A stretch of 64,000 bases of DNA from assembly GCF_009914755.1 (NCBI RefSeq), contig NC_060929.1; one strand, given 5' to 3'. The notes under the pieces are model-generated. The model saw only the letters and a program-made list of their open reading frames with translations, was not told where the DNA came from and did not search any database. Positions 48,295 to 64,000 of the stretch are shown in pieces; the stretch's first letter is position 1; each line of letters starts with the position of its first letter. A program made the position numbers and the translations under genes. The DNA is from the human T2T-CHM13v2.0 reference genome, Homo sapiens.

Positions 48295-49564
48295 TCTCCA
48301 GGGCATTCGGCCACTAAGCTCTGCAGAATGTTACCAGCGCCTCCCACTAGGCACTTCTAGTTGGGCTAACATGGTATTTGTAAAAAGAGGCAGCACATTA
48401 ACCCTTCCCCACAGACCTGGGGATGGGATCTCAGCTCTAGGCTATCTCTCCCAGTTTAAATTCTGAATTTGAGTGGTCAAAAACAGCTGCCTCCCTTCCC
48501 CAAACCTGCTCAGTTTTCCTATTGAAGAGGAAATCTACCATTTCCTGCCCAAGCAGCGCCTCTGGGCCCAGAGGAGGTTTTGGTGGAGTGGACCTTTGAC
48601 CTGCTGAATTGGGGGTCTGTCTTTGGGATTTTTTTTCCGGGCAGAGGAAAACCTCCTCTTAGAAAAGATTCTTTGTCCTTGAGCAGTGCACCTCTAGGGA
48701 AAACCCCAAAATGAACACAGTCAGATTTTTGTAGCCTTATTTTCCATTCTATTCTGTAAGGTCAATAGGAAGTACTTTTTCTTTTTCCTTCCCCCCAACA
48801 AAATCCCATTCAGGAAAAGTAAAAATGTTTATGACAGCATATTTCTTTGAGATATTCTATCCTATTTTATATCAGGAAATACAACATCTGCATCTGCTCT
48901 TAAGGATTCTCTTTTTATTTCCTCATCACCAAAGATTTTCTTTTTTAGCTAGCATGTCAGACACTATAAATCTGCATGCACTGTAACTTCCGATGATGAT
49001 GTTGCACCTTTGAAGTAACTCTGTAAGATGAGACCTGTGGTGCTGAGGCAAAGTGCTTAGGAAAAATGGGGAGGAGGGAAGGAGGAAGTGAGTGTTGATT
49101 GGCATCGAGCTTCACCTATGACAAACAAATAAATAAATAAGCAAATCAACCATTGCATGGACCTCATTAGGAGATTTCTAACAGCTGGAGAAGTAGGCAG
49201 AGAGAAGTAGGGGGAGAGAAGTGTGTCAGTGAATCAGAGACTGGGCCTGTGATGGAGGAGAAGGGTGTCATTATATGAATAACTGACTTTTCATTTTCAC
49301 TCATAACATATAAAATCGTTAGACTGGAACATTCTAATTGGATCACTTCTTGCATAGGTATAGTGGAGGCAGGGAATAATCCTTAATCTTTCTTCTGAGG
49401 TCTTTGACTTGTTCATTCAACTTCTCCCATTATCATCCAGCAAGTGCTCAGGCCCAAATGCCTTTTCCCAGGACTGTATGGATAACCCAACCACTGGAGG
49501 TGTCCCAGTGGAAGAAGGAAAGTTGACAAGTTATTATGCTCAGGAAGCTCTTTCTCAAGGGTTT

Positions 49565-50009
49565 ATATCAGTTAGGATTGCGTTCAGCTGCAATTAACCA
49601 ATAAAGTGACTTAAATAAATAGGAAGAAATCTAGAAGGAGGCTGGTTTCTGTTCAGTACCTTGCCAAAGGCAGACTGATGCCTGCAACTTCTATAGCTTT
49701 TCCGTTTCAGCGACAAGATGATTATCTCAGCTGTAGACATCACATCTACATTGAATTTTCTCCTTGGGCTTAAGAAGGGGAGGGTAGATCCAGTGTTGCC
49801 TTTCCTTTTTATCAGGAAATAAAAATATTTTTCAGAAGCCTCCGGCAAGCTTTGACTTGTAATTCTTTGGCCAAAATCATGTGACGTGGATATGCCTGGC
49901 TTAAGGAAGGCTGAAAAAGAGGGTATTGCGCTTTTCCAGCCTGTAAAATGGAGGCAACAAGAAGATTGTGTAGGTCTGATGGCTTGGTCAATAATAAATG
50001 TCTGCCACA
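49565..50009 (-). mobile_element. LTR33-like ERVL LTR
   Basis: ATCAGTTAGGATTGCGTTCAGCTGCAA...CCTTTTTATCAGGAAA...TGTCTGCCACA. Confidence 0.6.
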
Positions 50010-52052
50010 GAATTATTATTTTGGGATGATCATCCCTGAAATTAGGTCGGGGCCCCATGATGAAATTAGTAAGGCCACATTCTGTACATCACTCACTGCA
50101 CTCGACCATGTACAGCTGAGCTATGGTGTGAGTGAGTTAATGTTAAGCAATAACTTTAGGCAACAACTTTGTTACCATTTAAAATAAAAGCTTTTAAATT
50201 AGTTTAATGGTTTTTTTCAGGACCACTCATGTCTTCCAAAAACCCTCAAGTTTCTTTGGTTTATATCAAAGTCCTATCTAATTTGCTCCCAAGAGGAAAC
50301 CTACCACAATAGTAAAGTTGTATATTTCCACAGGGATTTTCCCTAAACTGTTAATGAGTTGTGACTTCCTTATATGTACATGCAGACGAGACTGGTGCAC
50401 CCCAAGCAGGTAGACAGAATTTGAACCAGATGGTTCAAGGAAAGAAAACTGGATTAGCAGATCATTTCAAACACCTCCATGTGTTGACTGAAATCCGTAA
50501 GGGGAATGACAAAACATGTACCTTATTTTCTCAACAAACTGTGCACCGCACTGAATGTTAAACATTAAATTGAGAGAGGGGTAGAGCAAACTCTGGTTTT
50601 TCTTTCTTTGTCATTAGAACCATAAGCCTAGTTTTGCCTCATTAATGTATCTAGAGAGATTTTAAAAAATAAATAAATAAGCATGGCTCCTTCATAAATT
50701 CATACCACTGAAGGACCCTCTGGTAATCCTGCAGCAGTGGTATTTGAATAAATTGGAGGTGGCAAGGGTGTGTCTCATTTCTATGAGTTCCTGGTTTGGA
50801 AAGCAAATCTCATTTTGCTTGTTTTTCCAGTTTAAACAGTAAACCGTAGGGTCATTGAAACTGGGGCCGATGCAAATTAAGGCACTTTCCAGCACTCACG
50901 CCCCCTCAGCCTCCCACCTGTTTAATTAAAGCCAAATTTGGTTGGGGAGTAAACTGGCATTTACAAATCAGGAGAAAATCTGGTTCCAGTAATTAAAGGG
51001 ATTTTCTAAATCTTGTCCTCCATGTTAGAACACTCATTTTAATAGTTAATTAAAGACTCTTTAACCATCCTTTGAGAGAAATTTTAAAAAGAAAAGATTA
51101 GGGACCTGCCACACAGATACTACAGACAACAGAAACGGAAATTCTTTTTTAAACCCTTTAGGGGAAACTAAGGTCTTCTTTTCCTTACAATGCTTTGGGC
51201 ATGAAGACTTTTTTTTTTCTCTTAATAAAAGGAGATACTCATTTGCTTTTGTATTGCTGAGGGTAGCCCTGCAAATTTCACAGCTATTCCATAAATATAA
51301 GCCAGCTTGCAAGTCACCCACATACCACTGCCACTTTAGTTAGGGTAGGTTGGGAAAATAGATGTTTTATTCCTTTGGTTTCCCAAGCTATGGGTAGTGC
51401 CAAAGAGCCGAACACCTTAGGCAGAGGTCCCCCAGGCACAAGGATGAGCAACATTCCTCCTGGAGATCCATGTGCCTCTCGTATTCCAAATGGTTTTAAA
51501 CTAGGTGAGGTCGACCAACCAACATTTATCCAGCACTGTGCTAGGTGCTAGGAGGGCACACAGGTGAATACAGTATAGTCCTTGCTGCTCTGGACGTGAA
51601 CATAATGAAGGAGACAATACATGTTCAGGCAATGCTAATTCAAGGCACACAGATATAGAAGATACACTGGAAGTAGAAACAAAGGACAGGGGGACAGGGA
51701 GAGAGACTCTGAACAAGAAGCCCTCCCAGAGGGGTGAGTCAAACTGTTCAATAGGTAGAAGAAGCAGATAGCTGCAGAATAATATTCCCAGACAGAGAAC
51801 AAAGGCACAGTGGCAAGAGTCTATAGATGCCTGAAGCTGGAGCAAAGGGCTCCTGGGGAAAGGGGTTGAGCAGAGGGGAAGAAAGCATGAGTTCAGCAAA
51901 GGCCGTGTTGTGGAGGGACCTTCCCACCAGCTGTGAAATTTGCTTCATAGTACAGAGAAAAGGTTTGGGAGCTATGGAACTAAATGGTTGGGGACCAAAA
52001 AGAGACTTAGGCAAAAGACCAATTCAGATGTCACTGCTCAATTCTGTGGCTG

Positions 52053-52944
<892 letters not shown>

Positions 52945-53989
52945 GAAGCAGCACCCAGAAGTGAACTCTAAGGCAGACGTCTTCAAAGAGAGCTACTCAC
53001 ATCCCCGCGGTCCGCAGACTTACGGAGGACCATACGCTAAGTGGATCATTCTAAGGGAATCAGTGTCTAGATCCTCAACTTCTGTATGGTGTCTTTTCTA
53101 AAACTGTCTAATAAACATAATCACACTTGAAAAAAAAAAAAGTCATACCCTTAACCTATCCCATATCTTTCTGTAGCAGGGTAATGAGTCATCAAAGTCC
53201 CTTAACCCCACAGACTTCCTGTCTTTCCCCATCATCTTGGCTCTTTCTGTTAGGATGAGCCTTGATCTTTTTTGGAGGTAATGAATTCAAAATAATCAAC
53301 CGCCATACAGATTTGTGGCATTGATTATTTAATGTTCCTGGAACGTTTCCTACAATTATCAACTTTTTAAAAATAAAACCCACAGGTAAAATTATTTATA
53401 TTTGAATTCATTCTGATTCAGTGTTTCAGAAAGATACTTAAAATCTATTTTATCAAATCTATCATATTTATTTCCGCTATAGTCAGCTCTAATCTTATTT
53501 CAAATTATAATATGGTTAATGTTTTCTACCTTCTATTAACAGAGAGTGAACGTCTTTAAATCCATGATGAAAAATTTTAGTTGTTAACTTAAATATTCAC
53601 GAGGGAACACGTAGTTTTTGAAAAGTCTTTTGGGAGTACCCACACAAACATGTTTGAAGAAACACAATTTCCTTGGAATGTCAGTAGGACTTTGGTAGGG
53701 AAACAACATGGCAGAAGGGTGATGGGGCAGGTTTCGGTGGTAACTTAAATTTGAGAAATGCTACATTTAAGTTGAACAGAACTTGGATCCCTTAAGATGC
53801 TCATGGACATTAAGATTCTTTCAAGAGGGGGATTTATAGTATTCAGTTTCTCCTGAGTTTTGACCACAGGAGAAGGGCAGCACCAAGGGGTAACTTGAGA
53901 GTGTCTTATACCTCCCCTCAGTAATCTCCATTTGCTACGACCACTCCCCATGAAAATAAACTAAGTACAGAATCTTACTATAAACTTGA

Positions 53990-54697
<708 letters not shown>

Positions 54698-55589
54698 GTT
54701 TCTCAATATCATTTTGTATGAATACACACAGCTTCTGTTCATAGATCATTTCTGATTTGGGCTTTACAAATGGCATATTCTTCACACCATAACTGTGTAG
54801 AAAGAAGCCAGTAGGCTAAAGGCATGAGGCAGAAGTTGAGACAAACCCTGTGATAAAGAACTTCCTGTATCATCAATTCATGCTACAGATCAAATCCTAT
54901 CACCCATGTATATACCACGTGGTATACCTCCCCAGCGCAACCCAGAATGCTTACAAGTATTGTCTTTCCCCTTCTTGAACAAGATTCTAAAAGTATGCTT
55001 GTTGTCCATATAATACCCCTAAAACACCTCTCATTTAATTAATTCTCTGGAAAAACAAAAGATGTCTTTTCAATTCCAAAATTAATAAAATTTCTCATTT
55101 GATTTCAATTTAACAAGATGACCTATTGATTGACTGAATCTTTGACTTTTCAACTGAGCATTTTGCCTTTGTGTTTGCCAATGACATATGTCATTGTGCG
55201 AAATGGAAAGGCCATCTGGCAAGAACTGCTCTGCTAGATGAAGAATGCTGGTATTCTTACAGCACTGATGCTCAGTATTGAACTATGTTGAATGCTATAA
55301 AAATGAAAGCTTCTCCAACAAAAAATGTCCTTCAGAGGCAAGCTTTGTATCTCCCCGTCACATCTGTGCTTTCTCTGCGTGATGACGAGTGATTCTAACA
55401 TAGCCTTCCTTTGCCCTCAGAGTCCCCACAGAGCAATGTAAAGGAATTGGGTAATTCTCTTATGTAGGGTAAGCAACATATAATTTCAGAAATGAAATGG
55501 GAGTCTCTTTTTAAAAGGCAATGCAATTGCCTATTAACTTTCTTTAATTACAACACATCATTACATTATTTTGTAATTACATATTTTCT

Positions 55590-55742
55590 AAGCCATCTGT
55601 TTTGTCTGCTTGACAGAGAGCCCTCCAAGGGCAAGGATTGCTTGTGTCTTATCTTCATATCCCCAATGGCACAGAGACGGACTTGAAGTAGGCAGTCAGT
55701 AAGTATTTGTTAAATGAGTGAATGAAAAATGGAATGAATGCA
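55590..55742 (+). mobile_element. L2 3' end
   Basis: CTCCAAGGGCAAGGATTG...GTAGGCAGTCAGTAAGTATTTGTTAAATGAGTGAATG. Confidence 0.8.
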
Positions 55743-56730
55743 TTCAGGATTTGAATCCCTATCTTCTCCTGGACACAGTGATCTGGTCAATCCAAGAACC
55801 ATCTTAACAGTATCTTTTGGTCAAACTAGTTGCTATGACTTGTCTGCACAACAGTGTAACAGGAAACAACTGACATATCTCTGTCTTAGAAATCTGCTCT
55901 GCCCTATATTCTCTGAATAGTTTGACTAAAACGTATTGCCCATTCAATTTTGGAGCTGTTCCAGGTTTAGATTTTCTTTTATACTTTGATATTTAAGTTT
56001 CCTACTTTCCAAAATACTAAATACTTCATTTTTCTGATGATGATGACTGCTTTTAAATTTACATTTCTCCCCTGTTCATCTTCTCTGCCACTTTTAAAAC
56101 ACACTAATCCTTTCTGTCTATATTTTCTGATATTGTTCCAGTTAAATTTCTTCTTTGGAAAATAAAAATATCTTTTTTGTTTCCTTTATTTCTTTCCTGT
56201 AATTTGTTCCCAAGGCCTCGAGTCTAAAAGCTGTCTTTGACCCTTGAACTTATGCTGAGTTCCCATAGCCACTTCCTCAGCTGGCCTGCCTGGCGCTATC
56301 TCTAAAACATTCCTAGAATTGCTCCTTGCTGAGACCGAAACCCATGTGCTCACCTTAATCTCAACTTATCTTGACTTCCAATTTTTCCATATATGGTCCT
56401 CATACCTCCCTATTGTCTGAAGGTCCACAGAGGAAATCTGTTCCACATCAAGAAGTATATATATATATACATATATATTACTTTCTTGGTTGTTCTCTTC
56501 TCCTCTGGCATTTTGGAACTTTCCTGGGCTAACTTCTATCCTCAAATCTGATATTGGTCTTCAAATTATTTCATTTGAGCCAGTGATCACATGTAGAAGC
56601 TTGTGTTTTATTTTGTTTTGTTTTTCCACTGGCTCTGCTACTCACAGGATAAAAAGTTGGAGACAAGGTATTGAACTTGACTCAGTGAGTAGAAAGCAGG
56701 GATTTAAAATACTTGGCATATGTCCTGCTT

Positions 56731-56891
56731 TGGAGTGCAGCTCTAAGAATGAATGAGTCTAAAACCACAGCAAAGAATTTATTATTATAGATCTCTATTA
56801 GCAGTACTATCACTTTACTGATGATGGTAATGGAGCTCATAATAATATAAAGAAACGCATTAGCAAACATGGAATCTCAGAAAGACTCTAT
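56731..56891 (+). repeat. Local direct duplication, copy 1 (161 bp)
   Basis: Ungapped alignment to 57535-57695 with 14 mismatches by manual count. Confidence 0.95.
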
Positions 56892-56915
56892 TACATAGTC
56901 TTTAAGAATTACCTG

Positions 56916-57068
56916 GGCTGGGCTCAGTGGCTCACACCTATATTCTCAGCACTTTGGGAGGCTAAGATGGGAGGATTGCTTGAGGCCAGGAGTTCAAGAC
57001 CAGCCCGGGGAACATAGAAAGACCCTATTTGTACAATAATAATAATAAATTAATAATTAATTTTAAAA
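56916..57068 (+). mobile_element. FLAM / Alu left monomer
   Basis: Monomer with AAT-rich tail; TSD TAAGAATTACCTG. Confidence 0.88.
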
Positions 57069-57080
57069 TAAGAATTACCT

Positions 57081-57407
<327 letters not shown>

Positions 57408-57534
57408 CTACCTCCCTTCTCTAAATCACACTGGATTTTTTCATGACTATCAAACTGCCCAGCGATTAATTGTTCTCTTACCATTTCCTGTGGATTATCT
57501 TTGCCCCTGATGAGACCCATGGAAACAAGACCTA

Positions 57535-57695
57535 TGGAGTCCAGCTCTAAGGATGAATAAGTGTAAAACCATAGCAGAGAATTTATTATTATGGATCTCT
57601 ATTAGCAGTACTATAATTTTACTGATGATGGCAATGGAACTCATAATAATATAAAGAAATGCATTAGCAAACATGGAAGCTCAGAAAGGCTCTAT
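57535..57695 (+). repeat. Local direct duplication, copy 2 (161 bp)
   Basis: Ungapped alignment to 56731-56891. Confidence 0.95.
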
Positions 57696-58272
57696 CTTTC
57701 TCTTGCACTCTGCAGTACCAGCTTGAGGACAAGTCACATAATAAGCTCACAAGAATACTTTTTGATTGGTGATGAAATTTCATCCTGATGATTCTCTTTA
57801 TCATAGTGAATAAAGAATGGTTTATGGCTTCTAATAAGATTGCAAAGTTGAAAAATCACTAAGTTCAATTACATCTCTAGGAAAGAATTGCTCTGAGCCT
57901 TCCCAAAGCCCTGAACACAGTCCCCAGCAATCCCTGTGCACTTACGGCTGAATTTCCTGCATATTTCCCTGCTCTGGCTAGTCTCCTGCCATGGGAGCCG
58001 ATGCAGAACAGCACCACCTCTCTTTTTAACTCGCCCACCTTTCCTGACCACATTCCTCTCGGCCTCCTCACGTTTGTAGGTCAAACCCTGGAAAGGCCAC
58101 ATTTATCAGAGACAATTGACTCAAAAGGCATAAAGACCCCCCACAGCCACTCACTGCTGTACTAGCCCCTTAGTCCTCATTCCTCGTCTCTACTGCCAAA
58201 GAAAAGGAGAAATTCACATTTGTTAAGCCTCTGCTCTGGGCCAGGGACTCCTCTGTTAGGTTGTTTTACTGG

Positions 58273-58273
<1 letters not shown>

Positions 58274-58310
<37 letters not shown>
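58274..58310. repeat. (TG)18 microsatellite
   Basis: Perfect dinucleotide array. Confidence 0.97.
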
Positions 58311-58311
<1 letters not shown>

Positions 58312-58464
58312 TTCCCAACTATCTCTCTCCTCCCTTTATTACTCTTTTTGTACTTTCTTCTCTCTCCTTCTCTCTGCTAGAAGTAACTTTGGAACTGGTT
58401 TAAGATTGATGTGCTGGAAATGTATAACAAGCCAGATTTTCATGGTGTAATTAGTGCCGTCGTG

Positions 58465-58668
58465 GCTAATTTCTTTTTTTTTTCTTCAAGATGGGGTTTC
58501 ACTCTGGAGTGGCACGTGCCATCACACCTGGCTAATGTTTGTACTTTTTGTAGATATGGGGTTGTGCCATATCACCTAGGCTGGTCTCGAACTCCTGACC
58601 TCAAGTGATCTGCCCACTTTGGCCTCCCAAAGTGTTGAGATCACAGGCATGAGCCACTGCACCCGACC
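58465..58668 (-). mobile_element. Internally deleted Alu
   Basis: Left arm intact; most of the right arm missing. Confidence 0.85.
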
Positions 58669-58903
58669 ATGGCCAATTTCAAGTTACAAACATGGTCACT
58701 GAATGCAGACTGAGACGTGCACAATCCACTCCTGTCAGCAGGGTGGAGCGCCTCTGGTTTGGAGTAAGGGTAGGCAGCTCTGCAACTCAAAACTCTCTTT
58801 CCCCAGAGTTCTGTGAAACCAATTCATAAAGAGTACATACAAATCTGGCTTCTTTCGGTGGGTGTAGGGGGCACAGCAGAGTTCAGTGGGGCATCTTACT
58901 TTA

Positions 58904-59215
58904 ATTTTTTTTTTCAGGAATGGTCTTGTTCTGTTGCCCAGGCTGGAGTGCAGTGGTGCAATCACAGCTCACTGCAGCCTGGAACTCCTAGCCTCAAGCA
59001 ATCCTCATGCCTCAGCCTCCTGAGTAGCTACAACTTACAGGCATGCACCACTACGCCTGGTTAATTTTTCATGGTTTGTTTTTTTTTTTTTAATCAAATA
59101 TTGGGTCTCGCTATGTTTTTGCCCACGCTTGTCTCAAACTCCTGGCCGCGAGCTATCCTCCCACCTTGGCCTTCCAAAGCGCTAGGATTACAGGCGTGAG
59201 CCACCGTGTCCAGCC
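58904..59215 (-). mobile_element. AluJ-like
   Basis: CACAGCTCACTGCAGCC and TCTCGCTATGTT J-type features. Confidence 0.92.
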
Positions 59216-60207
59216 ATTACTTTTACATTTTGACTTGTGCCTCTTGTTATATGTGGAGGATCAATTATTTATCCACCACTGCCCAATGTTCATTACAGGA
59301 AAAAGGCTGCTCAGCTTGTGAAAAGCGTTTGCTCCAGTTTCTTTCATTTGAAGCATGCAAAGTAGTTTTAACAAATGGCACTTAATAAAAAATAAATGGT
59401 ACCTTAAGACCGTTCATGCAGAGGACTTCCTGACAATGACTGGAAGTGCCAACTAGCCCATGAGCTAATTATCCTGTAAATTCCCTTTTCTTCCCCAGTG
59501 TGGAGGTGAGATCTAATTTGAAAGATTAAAATCTTTGCATGATTACAGTATATCATAATTGTTAAGCTCTATAGTTACATGCTCAATAGCTACTAAGTAA
59601 GTGCAAAGAATTACAAGGTGATTTGTGCCTGTAAGATAAATTCCAAGAATTTTGCTTCTAAAAAGGCAGGGAAGTGGAGGTGGCAGAATAAAAAATGTGC
59701 TAAGTGAAGTGATTTATTGTGAACTTTAGGAAAGGGAGACTTTGGGGTCTCAGGATTCATAGACAGGCCAAATCATAGAATGCCTTCACATGCATTTCTT
59801 AGGTTGTGCTAAACTTTACATAAAAGCACCACTCAAGTGGATGAAGTTGTCTAAGGAGTATTTAGATTGTACTTTGGGAAGGGTTCCAAATGTCTGCTAT
59901 TCTCATAGTAGAGGAAACCACCAAAGTATATTTCCAACAACCTCAAGCACGAAAAGCCAAGTCCAATCTTCTTCAACTCAGTGCCAGAGAAATAATATGA
60001 ATACACACACACACACACACGTATGTGAAATAAAAACAATAAAAATGTTAAAGAAGAAAGAAAAATAATAAAGCTTTTAGTAGTTATAGTTCCAACTCCA
60101 CCACTACTTCGTTTTGTGCCAACAGTTCTTTGGTAGATCTTACTAATTCTTTAGTAGACTTCACACTGGAAAATTCATTCATTAAACAAATATTTATTCA
60201 GCACCTA

Positions 60208-60490
<283 letters not shown>

Positions 60491-61253
60491 AAGTACTAAT
60501 TACAAGTCCTAGGAAGAAGAAGAACAGGGTGCTGTGAAAAGTGTAAAGGTCTATCCTGGTTTGGGAGTCAAGGAAAGCATGAATGAGAAAGTGACAATGC
60601 ATAATTTGACCTAAGGATGAGTAGGCACTAGCCAGGAGAAAGGGAGAAGGGCAAAGCCAGGCCTTTCTCCAATCAAGCAATGCAAAAGGAGTTTCTAAAA
60701 CTATTGTCTGGTAATGCCTTTCTCCTCCCATCCTTGAAGATCCTCAGACTAGTTTGCTCATTATAGCTAAGATCTCTTTAATTTTTCTAGCTGTAACTTC
60801 TGATGTTACTGATAGCTGTAGGCATAATTTTAAGAGGACAGGAAATATCAGATTTGATGAAATTGGGCCCTTAGGAAGACAGGCAATAATGAGTTTCTAG
60901 AAATTAATTCTCAGAATGGTCCAGGAGTGGCTTGAGAATCCAGTCTGTGCAGGTATCCAGGAGTCTGGCTTACTGACACAACATGGGGTAAATGGCGGCT
61001 CACTGGTGGTTGGTAAACAGAACCATCTCAGGCAACCAAAAAGGATACAAAGTGACAAACACAACTAGATAATTGTCCATTTTATACCTCATATTTAATT
61101 GTAATGACTCAGCTTAAACCATGTCAATGTCGAGAATTTTTGGAAAATTCACCCATTTCCCTTAAAGGTAGGATTTTTCATCTGACACCAGAATAGGAGC
61201 TGCACCATTCACTTATCTTAGCCTACTTAGTATGTTATTATTGGATAGGTTTT

Positions 61254-61647
61254 AAACCCATATGATTATGTCAATAAATGCAGAAAAAGTGTTTAATAAA
61301 ATTCAACATCGCTTCATGATAAAAACCCTAAATATATGTAGAAGGAACATATCTCAACACAATAAACACATATGCGACAAACCCATAGCTAACATCGTAC
61401 TGAGTGAAGAAAAGTTGAAAGCTTTTCCTCAAAGATCAGGAGCAAGACATGGATGTCCACTTTCACCACTTCTATTTAACACAGTGCTAGACGTCTCAGC
61501 CAGAGAAATTAGGCAAGAGAAAAAAATAAGGGGCATCCAAATTGAAAAGGAGGAAGTCGAATTATTCCTGTTTGCAGGCAACAAGATTTTATATATAGAA
61601 AACCCTGAAGACTCCACCAAAAGCCTATTAGAACTAATAAATGAATT
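61254..61647 (+). mobile_element. L1 ORF2 RT-domain fragment (duplicate of 62871-63228)
   Basis: ORF MIMSINAEKVFNKIQH...GARHGCPLSPLLFNTVLDV...LFAGNKILYIENP. Confidence 0.92.
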
Positions 61648-61699
61648 ATGATTTTAGAAGTAGGTTTTGTTCTATAAAGAAAATTAGAAAAGTAAGAAA

Positions 61700-62580
<881 letters not shown>

Positions 62581-62624
62581 AAAAAAAAAAAAAGAAAGAA
62601 AGGATGGTATTTTGTCTTAGTTTG

Positions 62625-64000
62625 TGCCTTACAAGGCTAACATTACCCTGATACCAAGACCAGACAAGTACACAACAAAAAAAGAAAACTGTAGGCCAAT
62701 ATCTCTGATGGACATAGATGCAAAAATCCTCCACAAAATACTAGCAAATCAAATCCAACAGCACGTTAAAAAGATCATTCACCACGATAAAGTGGGATTC
62801 ATCCCGGGGATACAAGGATGGTTCAACATAAGTCAATAAACCTGATACATCACATTCAGAATGAGGGATAAAACCCATATGATTATCTCAACACATGCAG
62901 AAAAAGTGTTTAATAAGATTCAACATCCTTCATGATAAAAACCCTAATATGTGTAGAAGGAACATATCTCAACACAATAAACACATGTGACAAACCCATA
63001 GCTAACATCGTACTGAGTGAGGAAAAGTTGAAAGCTTTTCCTCAAAGATCAGGAGCAAGACACAGTACTAGAAGTCTTAGCCAGAGACATTAGGCAAGAG
63101 AAAAAAATAACGGACATCCAAATTGAGAAGGAGGAAGTTGAATTATTCCTGTTTGCAGGAAACATGATTTTATATATAGAAAACCCTGAAGACTCCACCA
63201 AAAGCCTGTTAGAACTAATAAATGAATTCAGTAAGGTTGCAGGATAACACTCGACATACAATTCCTAGTGCTATTTTATTTTTATGTAACATCCCATCAA
63301 AAATATTTTCCCCATTGTGACATAGCTTTTGTAAATATTATGTTTATGTTAAAATTCTGTGGCATCTGTTGAGAAGCAAGGAGAACAGGAAAAAATTAGT
63401 AGCATTTTAATATGCCAACAACAAACTATCTGTAAAAGAAATCAAGAAAGCAATCCCATTTATAAAAACTACAAATACAATAAAATGCATAGGAATAAAT
63501 TTAACCAAGAAAGTTGTCTAATTTTTCTACAGTGAAAACTATAAAACACTGATTTTAAAAAATTGAACAGGACATTAATAAATGGAAAGCTATCCTGAGT
63601 TCATTGATTAGAAGAATTAATAATGTTAAAATATCCAAACTACCCAAAACTGTCTACCAATTTAATGCAATCTCTATCAAAACACCAAGGACATTTTTCA
63701 CTGAAATAGAAAAAACAATCCTAAAATTTGCATGGAACCACAAAATATCCCAAACAGCCAAAGCGTTCTTGAGCAAAACAACATAGCTGAAGGCACCACC
63801 CTAACTGACTTTAAAATATACAACAAAACAGTACTAGGCAAAACAGCATGGTACTGGCAGAAAAACAGACACAGACCAATGCAACAAAATAGAGGACCCA
63901 GAAATAAATTCATGCATTTAAAGCTATCTGAGCTTTGACAAAGGCACCAAGAAAACACACTGAGGAAAGGAAGTGTCTTCAATAAATGGTGCTGGGAAAA
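62625..64000 (+). mobile_element. Older L1 (L1M/L1MA-type) ORF2 remnant running off the window
   Basis: ORF pieces [38 protein letters not shown] and [17 protein letters not shown]; interrupted at about 63262-63392. Confidence 0.92.

Noticed and set aside
48330-48570. CTCF-like motifs (CCAGCGCCTCCCACTAGG, CAGCGCCTCTGG)
   Set aside because: They have core mismatches and cannot be called without a PWM score or ChIP data.
52975-53045. Small CpG cluster with superficial resemblance to the 5S rRNA start (TACGG...CCATAC...GCTAAG)
   Set aside because: The match is too short and gapped, with no internal promoter boxes.
56810-56885. Duplicated unit as a tandem box C/D snoRNA pair
   Set aside because: A TGATGA box-C-like motif is present, but there is no downstream CTGA box D or terminal stem.

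Overview
This window is primate genomic DNA, most likely human; AluY copies imply at least a catarrhine. It is not prokaryotic. It looks intronic or intergenic and is dominated by interspersed repeats: about 30 Alu copies, several L1 remnants (L1PB-like, a ~3.9 kb L1PA15/16-like element, older L1M fragments), many L2 and MIR relics, solo LTRs (THE1, MER31, two MER41A, two LTR33-like), a MER2 DNA transposon and microsatellites. I found no supportable protein-coding exon, tRNA, rRNA, snRNA, known miRNA or CRISPR array. The supplied ORFs are Alu- or L1-derived, low-complexity, or chance ORFs. I could not identify the locus. The unique DNA holds several motif-dense blocks that resemble conserved enhancers, the strongest at about 19.5-20.0 kb. 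The most unusual directly visible structures are: (i) an ungapped 161-bp non-tandem duplication (56731-56891 / 57535-57695); (ii) a compound templated duplication among L1 fragments at 61.2-63.4 kb; (iii) an A-B-B'-A' microduplication at 24.3 kb that creates five GATA sites and an octamer; (iv) two same-strand MER41A LTRs reciprocally nested with Alus. I see no convincing evidence of a new biological system. Repeat subfamily calls come from recalled consensus sequences, and old-repeat boundaries are approximate.
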